A stretch of 64,000 bases of DNA from Acidimicrobiia bacterium (GTDB lineage: Bacteria > Actinomycetota > Acidimicrobiia > Spongiisociales > ZC4RG35). Location: the NCBI GenBank assembly GCA_036374335.1, contig DASUUC010000081.1, positions 6,863-70,862 on the forward strand, written 5' to 3'. The number at the start of each line of letters is the position of its first letter. The first letter of the stretch is position 1. The notes beneath the pieces are model-generated. The model did no database searches and was not told where the DNA came from. It saw only the letters and a list, made by a program, of their open reading frames with translations. This document shows, piece by piece, positions 28,082 to 39,110 of this stretch. Position numbers and translations under genes: made by a program.

Positions 28082-28525
28082 TCAGGTCTTCTTGGAGCCC
28101 ACCGGTATCTTCTGTGGCTCCGCCGGTTCGGTCTCCTTGGGAAGAGTCACCTTCACGGTGAGGACTCCCTTGGCGTAGTCCGCTGCGATCTTGTCGGCGG
28201 TCACACCCTCGGGGACGGGAACCCGTCTCACGAACTTCCCGTATCTCCTCTCGTGCATGTAACGATCGTCCTCAGAGATCTCCTTGTCCTCCGACTTCTC
28301 ACCTTTGATGGTGAGATAGTCGTCATCGAGGGTGATTTCGACATCCTTGTCCGGGTCGATCCCGGGCAGCTCTGCCGAGACGATGAGCTCACCGTTCTCA
28401 CGTTCGACGTCTATCGACGGGTGGAACGGGAAATCACCCTTCTCACTCAAGAAGCGAGGAAAACGGAACAACGAATCGAACTCTTTCTCGAAGTCGATGA
28501 GAGGTCTCCACAACTCCAGCTTCAC
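28082..28525 (-). CDS. Hsp20 / alpha-crystallin family small heat-shock protein
   Basis: Start placed at the GTG (28523-28525), 8 nt after GGGAGG. Alpha-crystallin domain SIDVERENGELIVSAELPGIDPDKDVEITLDDDYLTIKGEK...GKFVRRVPVPEGV..DKIAADYAKGVLTVKV. Confidence 0.85.
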   Translation of the reverse strand: MKLELWRPLIDFEKEFDSLFRFPRFLSEKGDFPFHPSIDVERENGELIVSAELPGIDPDKDVEITLDDDYLTIKGEKSEDKEISEDDRYMHERRYGKFVRRVPVPEGVTADKIAADYAKGVLTVKVTLPKETEPAEPQKIPVGSKKT

Positions 28526-28894
28526 AACACTCACCTCCCTTCCCGGGCCTGTCCTCTCATGGCCGGCCGCGGCCCGTCTCGGCCGGGGGTCTACTTCCAT
28601 TGTCAGAGTGCGGTTGACTTCCCGATAGGGCCGTTATTCCTTTTTGTCCCTGTCGGACTGTCGGACCCAGGTCGGGGCTTTGACCGGGGCTATAGCCATC
28701 GCCGGCGGGTACGTTCGACTGACTGACGAAGGGATCGTCGTATTCGCCGCGGGCAAGGAACATGTGGCGGAGATCGATGAGATCGGTGGATCGAGTTGGA
28801 AAAGCCCTTTGCCAGACCCCGTCGACACCACTAATGACCTTCTCCTCTAGTCAGCAGGGGCGTCCTCCAGGTATCCAAGGGGAAAGGAGGTGAC

Positions 28895-29362
28895 GTGGTG
28901 CCAGCAGAACGAGTCCGCAGTTACTTGATGGAGCATGGTGTTGGCTACGAGACACACACCCACCCGGAGGCGTACACCATCAGCGAAGTCGCAGAGGCCG
29001 GTCATGTTGCCGGGAAGGAGATGGCAAAGGTGGTGATGCTGAGGACCGAGGAAGGGCTGACGATGGCAGTGGTCCCTGGCGACAAGATGGTCGACCTGGA
29101 GAAGGTGGCCACGGTCCTCAGGGCAGATGATGTGCGGCTTGCTGAGGAGAATGAGTTCGCCCAGTCGTTCCCCGATTGTGAGACAGGAGCCGAACCACCG
29201 TTCGGAGCCCTTTACAACGTGCCGACTTTGGTCGATCATGGCTTGAACAGACCCAGGATCACCTTCACCGCCGGGACTCATACAGAGACCATCACCATTG
29301 GACTAGACGACTACCTGAAGCTGACGCATCCCATGCGGGCCGATCTCGTCATCGGGAGCTGA
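28895..29362 (+). CDS. YbaK/EbsC-type (aminoacyl-tRNA deacylase-like) domain protein
   Basis: 155 aa; GTG start after GGAAAGGAGG. AKVVMLRTEEGLTMAVVPGDKMVDLEKV and GAEPPFGALYNVPTLVD resemble the YbaK fold pattern. Confidence 0.65.
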   Translation: MVPAERVRSYLMEHGVGYETHTHPEAYTISEVAEAGHVAGKEMAKVVMLRTEEGLTMAVVPGDKMVDLEKVATVLRADDVRLAEENEFAQSFPDCETGAEPPFGALYNVPTLVDHGLNRPRITFTAGTHTETITIGLDDYLKLTHPMRADLVIGS

Positions 29363-29396
29363 ACGGCTCGACCGCGCCCACCGCCGACGCCCAGAA

Positions 29397-29978
29397 TCAG
29401 TCCTCGTCGAGCTCAGACCAGTCCTCCCACTCGGGCAGTTCGGATCGATCCGGGGTCTCGACAACGAGGTCCTCCGTGTCGGACAGTTCGTCGACATAAC
29501 TGATCCGCACGATGAGGGCGTCCTCAGAATCGCCGATGTCGAGGGTCATATAGCCGGACAGATCGAATCGGTCCCCTTCGAAATCGAAGGCCCACACGGC
29601 CACGATCGGCTCCGGGCCGAGATCTCCACGAGTCATCAGGAGCGTGGGATTCCGCATGAATAGGTCGCTGAAACCGTCGACGACCCCCTCCCGGGAGGTC
29701 TCACCCAGGAAATCGGCTTCGGCGTCCGACGCCAGAAGGTCACTCAACCCGTCGAGATCGCGCCCGTTGACCAAGTCGACGAATTCATCGAGCACATTGT
29801 CCAGGTCGGCATTGTCGATCATCCGGGCCTCGACGTCGGGAGCGACTCCGTCCAGGGGCTCACCCTGCTCGGTCTCGTCGCGAACATCGATCTGGTCGGT
29901 GTCATAGTCGATGTCGGGCTCCTGCTCACTTGCGGCCTGCGGCTGGTCGTCTGTCGCTTCGTATTCTTCTCCGTGCAT
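29397..29978 (-). CDS. highly acidic protein with NTF2/SnoaL-like core
   Basis: Start at MHGEEYE (ATG 29976-29978). 193 aa with D/E-rich N- and C-terminal tails. Core LDEFVDLVNGRDLDGLSDLLASDAEADF...IVAVWAFDFEGDRF resembles SnoaL-like domains. Confidence 0.5.
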   Translation of the reverse strand: MHGEEYEATDDQPQAASEQEPDIDYDTDQIDVRDETEQGEPLDGVAPDVEARMIDNADLDNVLDEFVDLVNGRDLDGLSDLLASDAEADFLGETSREGVVDGFSDLFMRNPTLLMTRGDLGPEPIVAVWAFDFEGDRFDLSGYMTLDIGDSEDALIVRISYVDELSDTEDLVVETPDRSELPEWEDWSELDED

Positions 29979-30009
29979 GTTCGTATCCCTCTGGTCCACT
30001 TTGAGACCT

Positions 30010-30489
30010 CTACGCCTTTCCATCGGATGCGGTTGTCCGAAGCATCCACGCCGTCTTCTCGTGGATCTCGATTCGCTCGGTGGCGAGGTCGGCCGTGGCC
30101 ACATCCCCGGCGGACTCGGCGACGGACGCTAGAGCTCGGGCGGTACGGATGACGGTCTCATGACCTTCGACCGGTCGGCGCACCGTGTCGAGTGCCTGCT
30201 CAGGCCGCCCGTCCTCGGGTATCGACGTGAGATCGGCCATCTCGGCGTAGCTGCCGGGCGCCGGATGACCCAGGGCTCTTGTTCGTTCCGCTATCCCGTC
30301 GACGGCGTCACGCATCTCGAGATACTCCTCCTCGAACATCAAGTGGAGCGATCTGAACATGGGCCCGGTGACGTTCCAGTGATAGCCATGGGTCTTCAGG
30401 TACAGGGTGTAGGTATCGGCGAGCACCCGGGACAGCTGGTCAGCTGCGTCTCTACGGGCTCCCGCCTCGATTCCGGTGTTGGTCTCCAT
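30010..30489 (-). CDS. dps: Dps (DNA protection during starvation) ferritin-like protein
   Basis: Start at METNTG. LADTYTLYLKTHGYHWNVTGPMFRSLHLMFEEEY and DRIAERTRALG are hallmark Dps blocks. RBS GGAAAGGAAG. Confidence 0.85.
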   Translation of the reverse strand: METNTGIEAGARRDAADQLSRVLADTYTLYLKTHGYHWNVTGPMFRSLHLMFEEEYLEMRDAVDGIAERTRALGHPAPGSYAEMADLTSIPEDGRPEQALDTVRRPVEGHETVIRTARALASVAESAGDVATADLATERIEIHEKTAWMLRTTASDGKA

Positions 30490-30532
30490 CTCTCTTCCTT
30501 TCCGCTTGGCCAGCGCACCGCGCGGCACCAGG

Positions 30533-31057
30533 TCATGAGACCGGCTTCGTCACCGGCCGGCCACCGTGACGCCTCAGGATCCTTTGCGCATCGTCGGGAT
30601 GGCCATGCTGATCGACGACCACCATCACCTCGCCCTCTCGGAGCCGGATCCGCTCCCAGTCCCACATGTCTTCTGCGGTCGCATCCTCGGACTTGAGACC
30701 GAGATACCCCTCCCAGACACCTCCTGCCTGCGCACCGGTCGCAGCCCCGGCAGGCAGAATGCCGCCCACTCCCAGGGACCCTAGCCCGGGGACTATGAGG
30801 GCAAGCAAGGTCATACCGGCGATGGCACCTACCGGGGCACCGACGGCGACACCCATTTCCAGCTTGTGGGTCATCTCCGCCTCGACGTCCTCCTCGAACA
30901 CGATGTCCCCCGGCTCGTGCATGGCCACCCCGAGATGCTCATCCGCCAATCCCGAGCGCCGCAGATCTTCGACAGCGGCCTCGGCCTCGGAACGATCCCC
31001 GAACACCCCTCCCATTCTCGGGGTGTGGGCCTCGCTGGCATTTCCCAGCCGCGTCAT
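30533..31057 (-). CDS. YflT / general-stress-protein-17M-like domain protein with a Gly-zipper membrane segment
   Basis: Start at MTRLGN after GGTGAGGGGG. GVFGDRSEAEAAVEDLRRSGLADEHLGV resembles the YflT domain. Central GVAVGAPVGAIAGMTLLALIVPGLGSLGVGG. Confidence 0.5.
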   Translation of the reverse strand: MTRLGNASEAHTPRMGGVFGDRSEAEAAVEDLRRSGLADEHLGVAMHEPGDIVFEEDVEAEMTHKLEMGVAVGAPVGAIAGMTLLALIVPGLGSLGVGGILPAGAATGAQAGGVWEGYLGLKSEDATAEDMWDWERIRLREGEVMVVVDQHGHPDDAQRILRRHGGRPVTKPVS

Positions 31058-31072
31058 GTGCCCCCTCACCCA

Positions 31073-31261
31073 TCACGCGCCGATCCGCCGGTGAAGATCG
31101 ACAGCCATCCAGGCGGTCGGCGCCAGAATCGCAGCCATCTGCTCGGGGTCGAGGTCTTCGACTCTGTCACGGATCGCATCGACGCCGATGTGAGCGCAGT
31201 CGCCGACCAATGAGGTGAGCTCACAGACTCTGACGTGACTCTGAGCCACCTGATAGACCAT
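31073..31261 (-). CDS. small hypothetical protein (possibly truncated by an in-frame TAG)
   Basis: 62 codons, about 74 percent GC3 by hand count, ending 15 nt before the next gene. The same frame upstream reads MTGTTPQEIEKSFGDFD-TAG-ETLRE-M... Confidence 0.35.
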   Translation of the reverse strand: MVYQVAQSHVRVCELTSLVGDCAHIGVDAIRDRVEDLDPEQMAAILAPTAWMAVDLHRRIGA

Positions 31262-31535
31262 CTCGCGAAGCGTTTCCTAATCGAAATCCCCGAAAGACTT
31301 CTCGATTTCTTGGGGCGTGGTGCCGGTCATCGAGCCCTCCTTCCGACTCCCCGCGAGCATCCATGTCTCGGGCAAACGACGCCAGAGGCTTCCGTCCCTA
31401 TCGACCGGGTGATTGGACGTCGGGACTACCCGATCGACCCAGCAGGCTGCGCAGGTCCCATCCTGGCGCAGTGGGAACTTTGGCCCTATCGAAATCCAAG
31501 TCACCCCCATAGGGTCGCAACCAGGAGGTGTGAAG

Positions 31536-31730
31536 ATGAGTTGTGGCTCGCATTGGCACCACGGACCATGGTGCGGCCCGCCGCCTTGGTGGTACGAGCA
31601 GACCGCAATCGGCCCCCCTTTGCCGAGACGACGACGTGGCCGCCAACAGCTCGAGGATCATTTGGCCTATCTGGAAGATGAGTTGAGGCGGGTCAGAGAG
31701 GAGCTGGCCGAATCCAAGTCGACCGACTGA
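31536..31730 (+). CDS. small Cys/His/Trp-rich protein with a C-terminal coiled-coil
   Basis: Start at the ATG 8 nt after AGGAGG: MSCGSHWHHGPWCGPPPWWYE...QQLEDHLAYLEDELRRVREELAE, 64 aa. Confidence 0.45.
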   Translation: MSCGSHWHHGPWCGPPPWWYEQTAIGPPLPRRRRGRQQLEDHLAYLEDELRRVREELAESKSTD

Positions 31731-31768
31731 GGGGCCGATTCAGTCGGCTGGAAGCTCTCGTCCCTCCG

Positions 31769-32532
31769 TCACGTCAACAGGGTCGATGCGAGGAGTACGG
31801 CGAGTCCTAGCCCGAACGCGGCTGACTGCTCCATCTTGTCGCGGGTCACGAGAACGAGGTCGGCGGGCACTCTGTACCTGTCAGTGGCGGTGATCTGGGG
31901 TATCAGGTCGGCAGCCGCGATGTAAACGAAGTTGCCCGCGGCGAACGGAACCAGAAACGCCACGTCGAACTGGTTGGAGACGGCGTAAGCAACGAGACCG
32001 CCCACCAGGAACGTGAGAGCCGAGGCGAAGTTGTATGCCAGGGCTTTGCGCGGGTTCCATCCGCTGTGCACCAGGATCCCAAAATCGCCCAACTCCTGAG
32101 GTACCTCATGCGCCGCTGCAACCATCCAGGTGACGACCCCAAGTCGGATATCCACGACAAAGGCTCCCCCTACGGCCAAACCACCGATGAGATTGTGGAC
32201 GCCGTCAGCCAGCAGGATCAGATAGCCGAGAGGCTCGTGGCCTCCCGTAACCCGATGGCAATGATGCCATCGCAGCCACTGCTCCAACACGAAGAATGCG
32301 GCAAACCCCCTGCGAACGACACGAAGACGGGTAGACGATTGCCCAGCACCGCGATGGATTCGGGCAACATATGGAAGAGAGCCCCACCAAAGAGGGCCCC
32401 TGCGGCGAACGCGACCAGCGGGATCACGATGCGCTTCAGCGTTGCCTCCGGTAGAACCAGGGTGACACTTCCAACGAGAGCCAGGGCACTCATCCCCAGC
32501 CCCGCCAGAACGACCCAGGTCAATGTCGACAA
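31769..32532 (-). pseudogene. ZIP-family divalent metal transporter interrupted by a 1-nt frameshift
   Basis: Two ORFs (32532-32218 and 32290-31769) together encode a ZupT-like protein (LFGGALFHMLPES; LADGVHNLIGGLAVG; HEVPQELGDFGILV). Adding one G to the G5 run (C5 at 32305-32309 on the plus strand) restores ..FAGGFAAFFVLEQWLRWHHCH.. Confidence 0.7.
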
Positions 32533-32590
32533 CTCAGGACCTCACTCCAGGCGTCAGTCGTCGATGCTTCGGCACGGTGCCGAGTCTTGG

Positions 32591-32842
32591 TCACCGGGAG
32601 ACGAGCTTGTCCACGAGGTAACCGACCGCCCCGTCGATGGTGAGGAACCTGGCAACATCCCGTTGCGGGATGTCGAGACCCGTCTTCTCGCTGATCCCGA
32701 TCATCCAGGTCAGAAAGTCCATCGAGTCGAGATCGAGCTGCTCGGTCAGGTCCAGGCTGTCGTCGACATCGTCGCGATCGACCTCCGGAGCGATGTCGGC
32801 GAGTACGTCGAAGATCAGGTCACGTGCTTGTTCGGGGCTCAT
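32591..32842 (-). CDS. acyl/peptidyl carrier protein (phosphopantetheine-binding)
   Basis: 83 aa, acidic; LDLDSMDFLTWM contains the DSx attachment-serine motif. ATGA overlap with the E2 gene. Confidence 0.7.
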   Translation of the reverse strand: MSPEQARDLIFDVLADIAPEVDRDDVDDSLDLTEQLDLDSMDFLTWMIGISEKTGLDIPQRDVARFLTIDGAVGYLVDKLVSR

Positions 32843-34125
32843 AGTCCCTCCGGTTGCTGGAGAAGTCGATCGAGTGCTGTGAGGAAGAGACCGCCGGTGT
32901 GGCCGTCGGTTACGCGGTGATCAGCGGCGAGAGTGGCGTGGACGACGGAGTGGACCGCCGGCTTGCCTTCGACAGCAACCACCTCCTCGACGATCTTGCC
33001 GAATCCCACCATGGCGACCTGGGGTGGGATGATCACCGGGAATGCCGTGTCCACCCCACGATCGCCGAGATTGGTGACGGTGATGGTCGGATCGGACATC
33101 TCGGACCCTCTCAATCGCCAGGAACGGGCCCGGGTCACCAGGTCACGCAGATGCTCCATCAGCTCGCCCAACTCCAGAGTGTCCGCATCATGGATGGCCG
33201 GGGCGACCAATCCGCCTTCACGCAAGGAGATGGCCACCCCCAAGTGGACGGGCTCCGAGGGCCGGAAGCCCTCATCGAGCCAATGACCGTTGAGACCAGG
33301 GACGTCTCGGACTGCCCGGGCGGTCGCCTTCAGAAGGAGGACCGTCGGCAGAACCCGCTTGGTGATGGGCAACTCCGAGTTCACGTCTTCGAGCCAGGTG
33401 AGGGCTCGATCCATATCGATCCGGGTCGCCAGGTAGTAGTGCGGGATCTCCCGCTTCGATCGGCTCATCGAGCGCGTGATCGCCTTGCGCATGGCGGCCA
33501 CTTTGTCCTCCGGCACGGTGACTGCCGCTCCGACACTCTCCACGTCGGCCTCGACGATCATCCCATCCGCCCGTGAGGCGGTTACCGACTCCAGGTCGAC
33601 GCCGAGCTCATCCGCCCGGGCTCTGGCCAAGGGTGATGCCTTGGCTCGGCCTTTCCCAAGCGGTCGCTCCTCGACCCGTGGTGCCGATTTGCGCGCTGCT
33701 CTCCGCACGTCCTCTCTGGTGACGAAGCCATTCGCTCCAGTTCCGGTGATCTTCTCGATGTCGACACCAAGGGTGAGGGCGAGATGACGGATCGGAGGAG
33801 GAGGCTGTGTCGGGAAACGGGGAGGCCTTTGCTCAGGCGGAGCGGACGGCAGCCGCGGCTCGGACGGTCGGGGGACTACCTCCATCTCATCGACGCTGAT
33901 CCGGGCGAGAGGAGTGCCCACCGATAGCTTCTCGGGGCCCGGACGTCGCAACAACTCCTCGATCACGCCATCGTGCCAGCACTCGATCTCGATGATGCCC
34001 TTGTCGGTCTCAACCTCGGCGATGATCTGTCCATACTCGACATGGTCGCCGGGCTCGACCAGCCAGGCCACCAGCATCGCCTCGTCCATGTCAGCTCCCA
34101 GCGAGGGAAGCACGAAGTCGATCAT
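32839..34125 (-). CDS. dihydrolipoamide acyltransferase (E2) of a 2-oxoacid/acetoin dehydrogenase-type complex
   Basis: Start at [10 protein letters not shown] (ATGA overlap with E1 beta). Lipoyl domain [14 protein letters not shown], Pro-rich linker, subunit-binding domain, catalytic [13 protein letters not shown]. Confidence 0.85.
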   Translation of the reverse strand: MIDFVLPSLGADMDEAMLVAWLVEPGDHVEYGQIIAEVETDKGIIEIECWHDGVIEELLRRPGPEKLSVGTPLARISVDEMEVVPRPSEPRLPSAPPEQRPPRFPTQPPPPIRHLALTLGVDIEKITGTGANGFVTREDVRRAARKSAPRVEERPLGKGRAKASPLARARADELGVDLESVTASRADGMIVEADVESVGAAVTVPEDKVAAMRKAITRSMSRSKREIPHYYLATRIDMDRALTWLEDVNSELPITKRVLPTVLLLKATARAVRDVPGLNGHWLDEGFRPSEPVHLGVAISLREGGLVAPAIHDADTLELGELMEHLRDLVTRARSWRLRGSEMSDPTITVTNLGDRGVDTAFPVIIPPQVAMVGFGKIVEEVVAVEGKPAVHSVVHATLAADHRVTDGHTGGLFLTALDRLLQQPEGL

Positions 34126-35120
34126 CGTCCCACCAGCCTCCTCGCTGCAGCCACGATCGTCGGCACCTGGGGAAGCGCGGCTTGCTCCATGTGGCGGGCA
34201 TAGGGGATCGGCACCTCGGCGGTGCAGACCCGCTCGATCGGCGCATCGAGCTCCCAGACCGCCTCTTCGGCGATGATGGCCGCGATCTCCGCGGAAATGC
34301 CACCGGTCTTCCATCCCTCGTCGACGATGACCACCCGGTGCGTGCTGGACACAGTCCGCAATATGGCTTCCTTGTCCAGCGGTCGGAGCACCCTCAGGTC
34401 GAGCACTTCGGCCGAGATCCCAAGCTCATCCAGCTCACGAGCAGCATCGATTGCCTTGGGCAGGCTTCCCCCGTAGGTGACAACGCTGATGTCCTGCCCG
34501 ACCCGGCGAATCTGGGCGGTCGTGATGTCGACGGAGCCGTCCACCTCGGGGAGCTCGCCCTGCAGGTTGTACAGACCGACGTGCTCGAAGATGATCACCG
34601 GATCGGGATCATCGAGGGCAGGGGCGAGCATCCCACGGGCATCCTCGATCGTTCCCGGGGCGAGCACCCTCAATCCCGGGACGTGGGCGTACCACCCCTC
34701 CAGCGAGTGTGAGTGCTGCGCTGCCAATTGACGACCGGCGCCCGTCGCCATCCTGATGACCACGGGTACGTTGAATTGGCCGCCAGACATGTGCTGGTAG
34801 ACGGCTGCGGTGTTTACGACCTGATCCAGGGCGAGGAGGGAGAAATTGACGGTCATGACCTCGACGATGGGGCGCATCCCACCGAGAGCGGCTCCGATCC
34901 CGGCGCCCACAAACGCAGATTCGGAGAGAGGTGTGTCGCGAACCCGCTCCGGTCCGAACTCCTCCAGCATTCCCTTGGACACCGCATAGCAGCCGCCATA
35001 CCGACCAACATCTTCTCCCATCAAGAACACCCGGTCGTCCCGTCGCATCGCCTCGGACATGGCCTCGCGGATCGCCTCCCGGTAGGTGATGGTCTCCGGC
35101 GGGGCAATGACATCGCTCAT
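34122..35120 (-). CDS. 2-oxoacid dehydrogenase E1 component beta subunit
   Basis: 332 aa; [42 protein letters not shown], transketolase-like C-terminal domain. Confidence 0.9.
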   Translation of the reverse strand: MSDVIAPPETITYREAIREAMSEAMRRDDRVFLMGEDVGRYGGCYAVSKGMLEEFGPERVRDTPLSESAFVGAGIGAALGGMRPIVEVMTVNFSLLALDQVVNTAAVYQHMSGGQFNVPVVIRMATGAGRQLAAQHSHSLEGWYAHVPGLRVLAPGTIEDARGMLAPALDDPDPVIIFEHVGLYNLQGELPEVDGSVDITTAQIRRVGQDISVVTYGGSLPKAIDAARELDELGISAEVLDLRVLRPLDKEAILRTVSSTHRVVIVDEGWKTGGISAEIAAIIAEEAVWELDAPIERVCTAEVPIPYARHMEQAALPQVPTIVAAARRLVGR

Positions 35121-36081
35121 GGCGCCACCTCCGAATACACGAACCGGGTCAGACTTTCGACCGGCTCCCAGGTCCCGGCATCGGCGAGCGCAACCGCCCT
35201 GTCGACCTCCTCATGAACCCGATCTTCGATCTCACCCCACGCCTCATCATCGAGCACTCCCTCGCCGATCAATCTCTCCCGGAACTGCTCTATCGGGTCG
35301 CGGTGCTTCCACTCCTCAACCTCATCCCTGGCGCGATACAACTCGGGATCGAACATGGAATGCGCCCTGAAGCGATAGGTGCGCAGCTCGAGGAAGTGGG
35401 GTCCGCCCCCGGCTCGCACCGACTCCGCAGCCTTCCTTGCCGCCTCTGCCACAGCCTCGACGTCCATTCCGTCGACCTCCCAGGCCGGCATCTCGTAGCT
35501 GGCAGCCTTCAGGGTCAGTTGGGTCTGGGACTCGGACCGCTCGAGTGCCGTACCCATCGCATAGAGATTGTTCTCACAGCAGAAGAGAACGGGGAGATCC
35601 CACAGGGCGGCGAGATTCATCGACTCATGAAACTCACCTTCGGCAACGGCTCCCTCTCCAAAGAAGACAGCGGTCACCCGCGGTCGATGACTCAGCTTGT
35701 CGGCGAGAGCCAAACCTACCGCCAAGGGAAGGCCTCCGCCGACGATGGCGTTTCCCCCGTAGAACCGGGTGGACGCGTCGAAGAGGTGCATCGATCCTCC
35801 CCGGCCCCGACTACATCCTTCGACCTTCCCGAACATCTCGGCCATGATCAACCCAGGGTCCAACCCTCTGGCCAGTGCGTGGCCATGCTCCCGGTAGGTG
35901 GCCACGATGGCATCGTCGGGCTCCAGCACCTCCATGACGCCTGTGGCTACGGCCTCCTCCCCGATATAGAGATGCAGAAAACCCCTGATCTTCTCGGCTT
36001 GGTAGAGCTGAGCGCATCTCTCCTCAAAGCGTCTGATGCGCAGCATCTGTTCCAGAAGATGGAGCCGGTGTTCGTTATCGG

Positions 36082-36085
<4 letters not shown>
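35117..36085 (-). CDS. TPP-dependent 2-oxoacid dehydrogenase E1 component alpha subunit
   Basis: 322 aa; TPP motif [39 protein letters not shown]. Confidence 0.9.
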
Positions 36086-37860
<1,775 letters not shown>

Positions 37861-38007
37861 GCGGCCGACGGTGCCAGATGGGGAGATGCTGTCACTAGGG
37901 GCAAAATGCCTCAGTTATGCCCGAAGGTCCCAAATACAGCCGGACCCCCTGCGAGAACGGGACCAAGGCCTCTGGTAGTCGACATTCTGCTCACCGATGA
38001 TCGAGAC

Positions 38008-38472
38008 ATGGACACCCTCATCATCGAAACCAGGGCACTGGGGACCCGTCCCACGGCGGTTGTCAGCGCCGACCTCGACGTGGAAGAGCTCAAGACTTGG
38101 CTGGGGGAAGCTTTTCACACGGTGGCGGATCATCTCAGGGCCACTGGAAATGCTCCAACAGGCCTGCCTTTCGCTCGCTACCACCGACTTGGTGAAGATC
38201 GCTTCCATGTGGAGGCCGGCTTTCCGGTGGCACGGCTGCTCGAAGTGGACAACGGTGTGAAAGGATCGAGCCTGCCCGCCGGCGACGTTGCCGTGACTAC
38301 CCACATGGGTCCTTATGACGACCTGGAGGCGACATATGAAGCCCTTGCCAAATGGCTCGAGTCCAGGGATGCCATCCCAGTCGGCGACGCCTGGGAGATT
38401 TACTTCAGCGGACCGTATGAGCCACCCAGCCAGTGGCGAACGGATATCTACCAGCCCTACAAAGGGGTCTGA
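38008..38472 (+). CDS. GyrI-like small-molecule-binding domain protein
   Basis: Start at MDTLIIETR. Pattern ..LPFARYHRLGEDRFHVEAGFPV...VTTHMGPYDDLEATYEALAKWL...WEIY typical of GyrI-like/AraC effector-binding domains. The upstream part of the ORF-track ORF overlaps the acs gene antisense. Confidence 0.6.
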   Translation: MDTLIIETRALGTRPTAVVSADLDVEELKTWLGEAFHTVADHLRATGNAPTGLPFARYHRLGEDRFHVEAGFPVARLLEVDNGVKGSSLPAGDVAVTTHMGPYDDLEATYEALAKWLESRDAIPVGDAWEIYFSGPYEPPSQWRTDIYQPYKGV

Positions 38473-38588
38473 CCCCGATTTTCATTCGTTATCGAACCGA
38501 GTCTGAACTGTTGGTGGGTGCGCTCCGGTCGGCGATCAGACCGGACCGATGGTGGGGTCACACGCACCCGGTTGGGGCCGTGTGGCGA

Positions 38589-38911
38589 TTACGACTGGGT
38601 CAGAGCCTCGGTGATCGGCATGACCAGGGCGATCGCCATGAGCGCGACATGAAGAATGAGGCCGATCCAGCCGCGGCTCTGTCCCAATCGCACAGCCCGC
38701 AGGCCGTGATATGCCCCGACACCGACGGTGCGGCCAACACCACAGCGAGAGGTACCACCTGCCAGAGCGGCCAGGACTCTGACAAAAGCCAGTTCGCCAG
38801 CACGAATCCGACAACGATGCTGAGCGGAGCCCACCCAAGGAACCTGATCGAGGTGCGTGCGGCGCGCTCACCTTCGCTCGAAACTGGGGAACGTCTCCCC
38901 GTGACCGTCAC
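38589..38911 (-). pseudogene. small multi-TM membrane protein with an apparent internal frameshift
   Basis: GTG start after GGAGGA. N-terminal frame gives TM helices (IRFLGWAPLSIVVGFVLANWLL, WQVVPLAVVLAAP). The hydrophobic C-terminus (GWIGLILHVALMAIALVMPITEALTQS*) is in another frame from about 38740. Confidence 0.3.
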
Positions 38912-39110
38912 GCTTCCTCCTTGGAATACAACTTCCTGGAACCGTACGTGTGCCAGTCGGGCCCGATCAGAGGAGAAAGACCTCTTGCTTGGTCCCCCTC
39001 AGTCTCACGAGCGCGACTTGCCGTCGGTCGTAGCCAACCGATGCAAAGTCCCTGATCGTCGGGACCAACGCCTCTGGCGAATAGGCTCCGGCGCGCCGGA
39101 TCATCCCGGT

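Noticed and set aside
28585-28650. SigH/SigR-like promoter (GGAAT-N17-GTC) on the hsp20 coding strand, and TTGACT on the opposite strand
   Set aside because: The -10 element is GTC rather than GTT, the spacing is one short of the consensus I remember, and the TTGACT has no acceptable -10 partner. This is too weak to call.
38433-39110. N-terminal 226 codons of the 536-aa ORF-track entry
   Set aside because: The translation is Arg/Ser/Pro-rich nonsense and overlaps a better minus-strand membrane ORF. A canonical lipoprotein signal peptide with a lipobox starts at 39111, so the gene was shortened.
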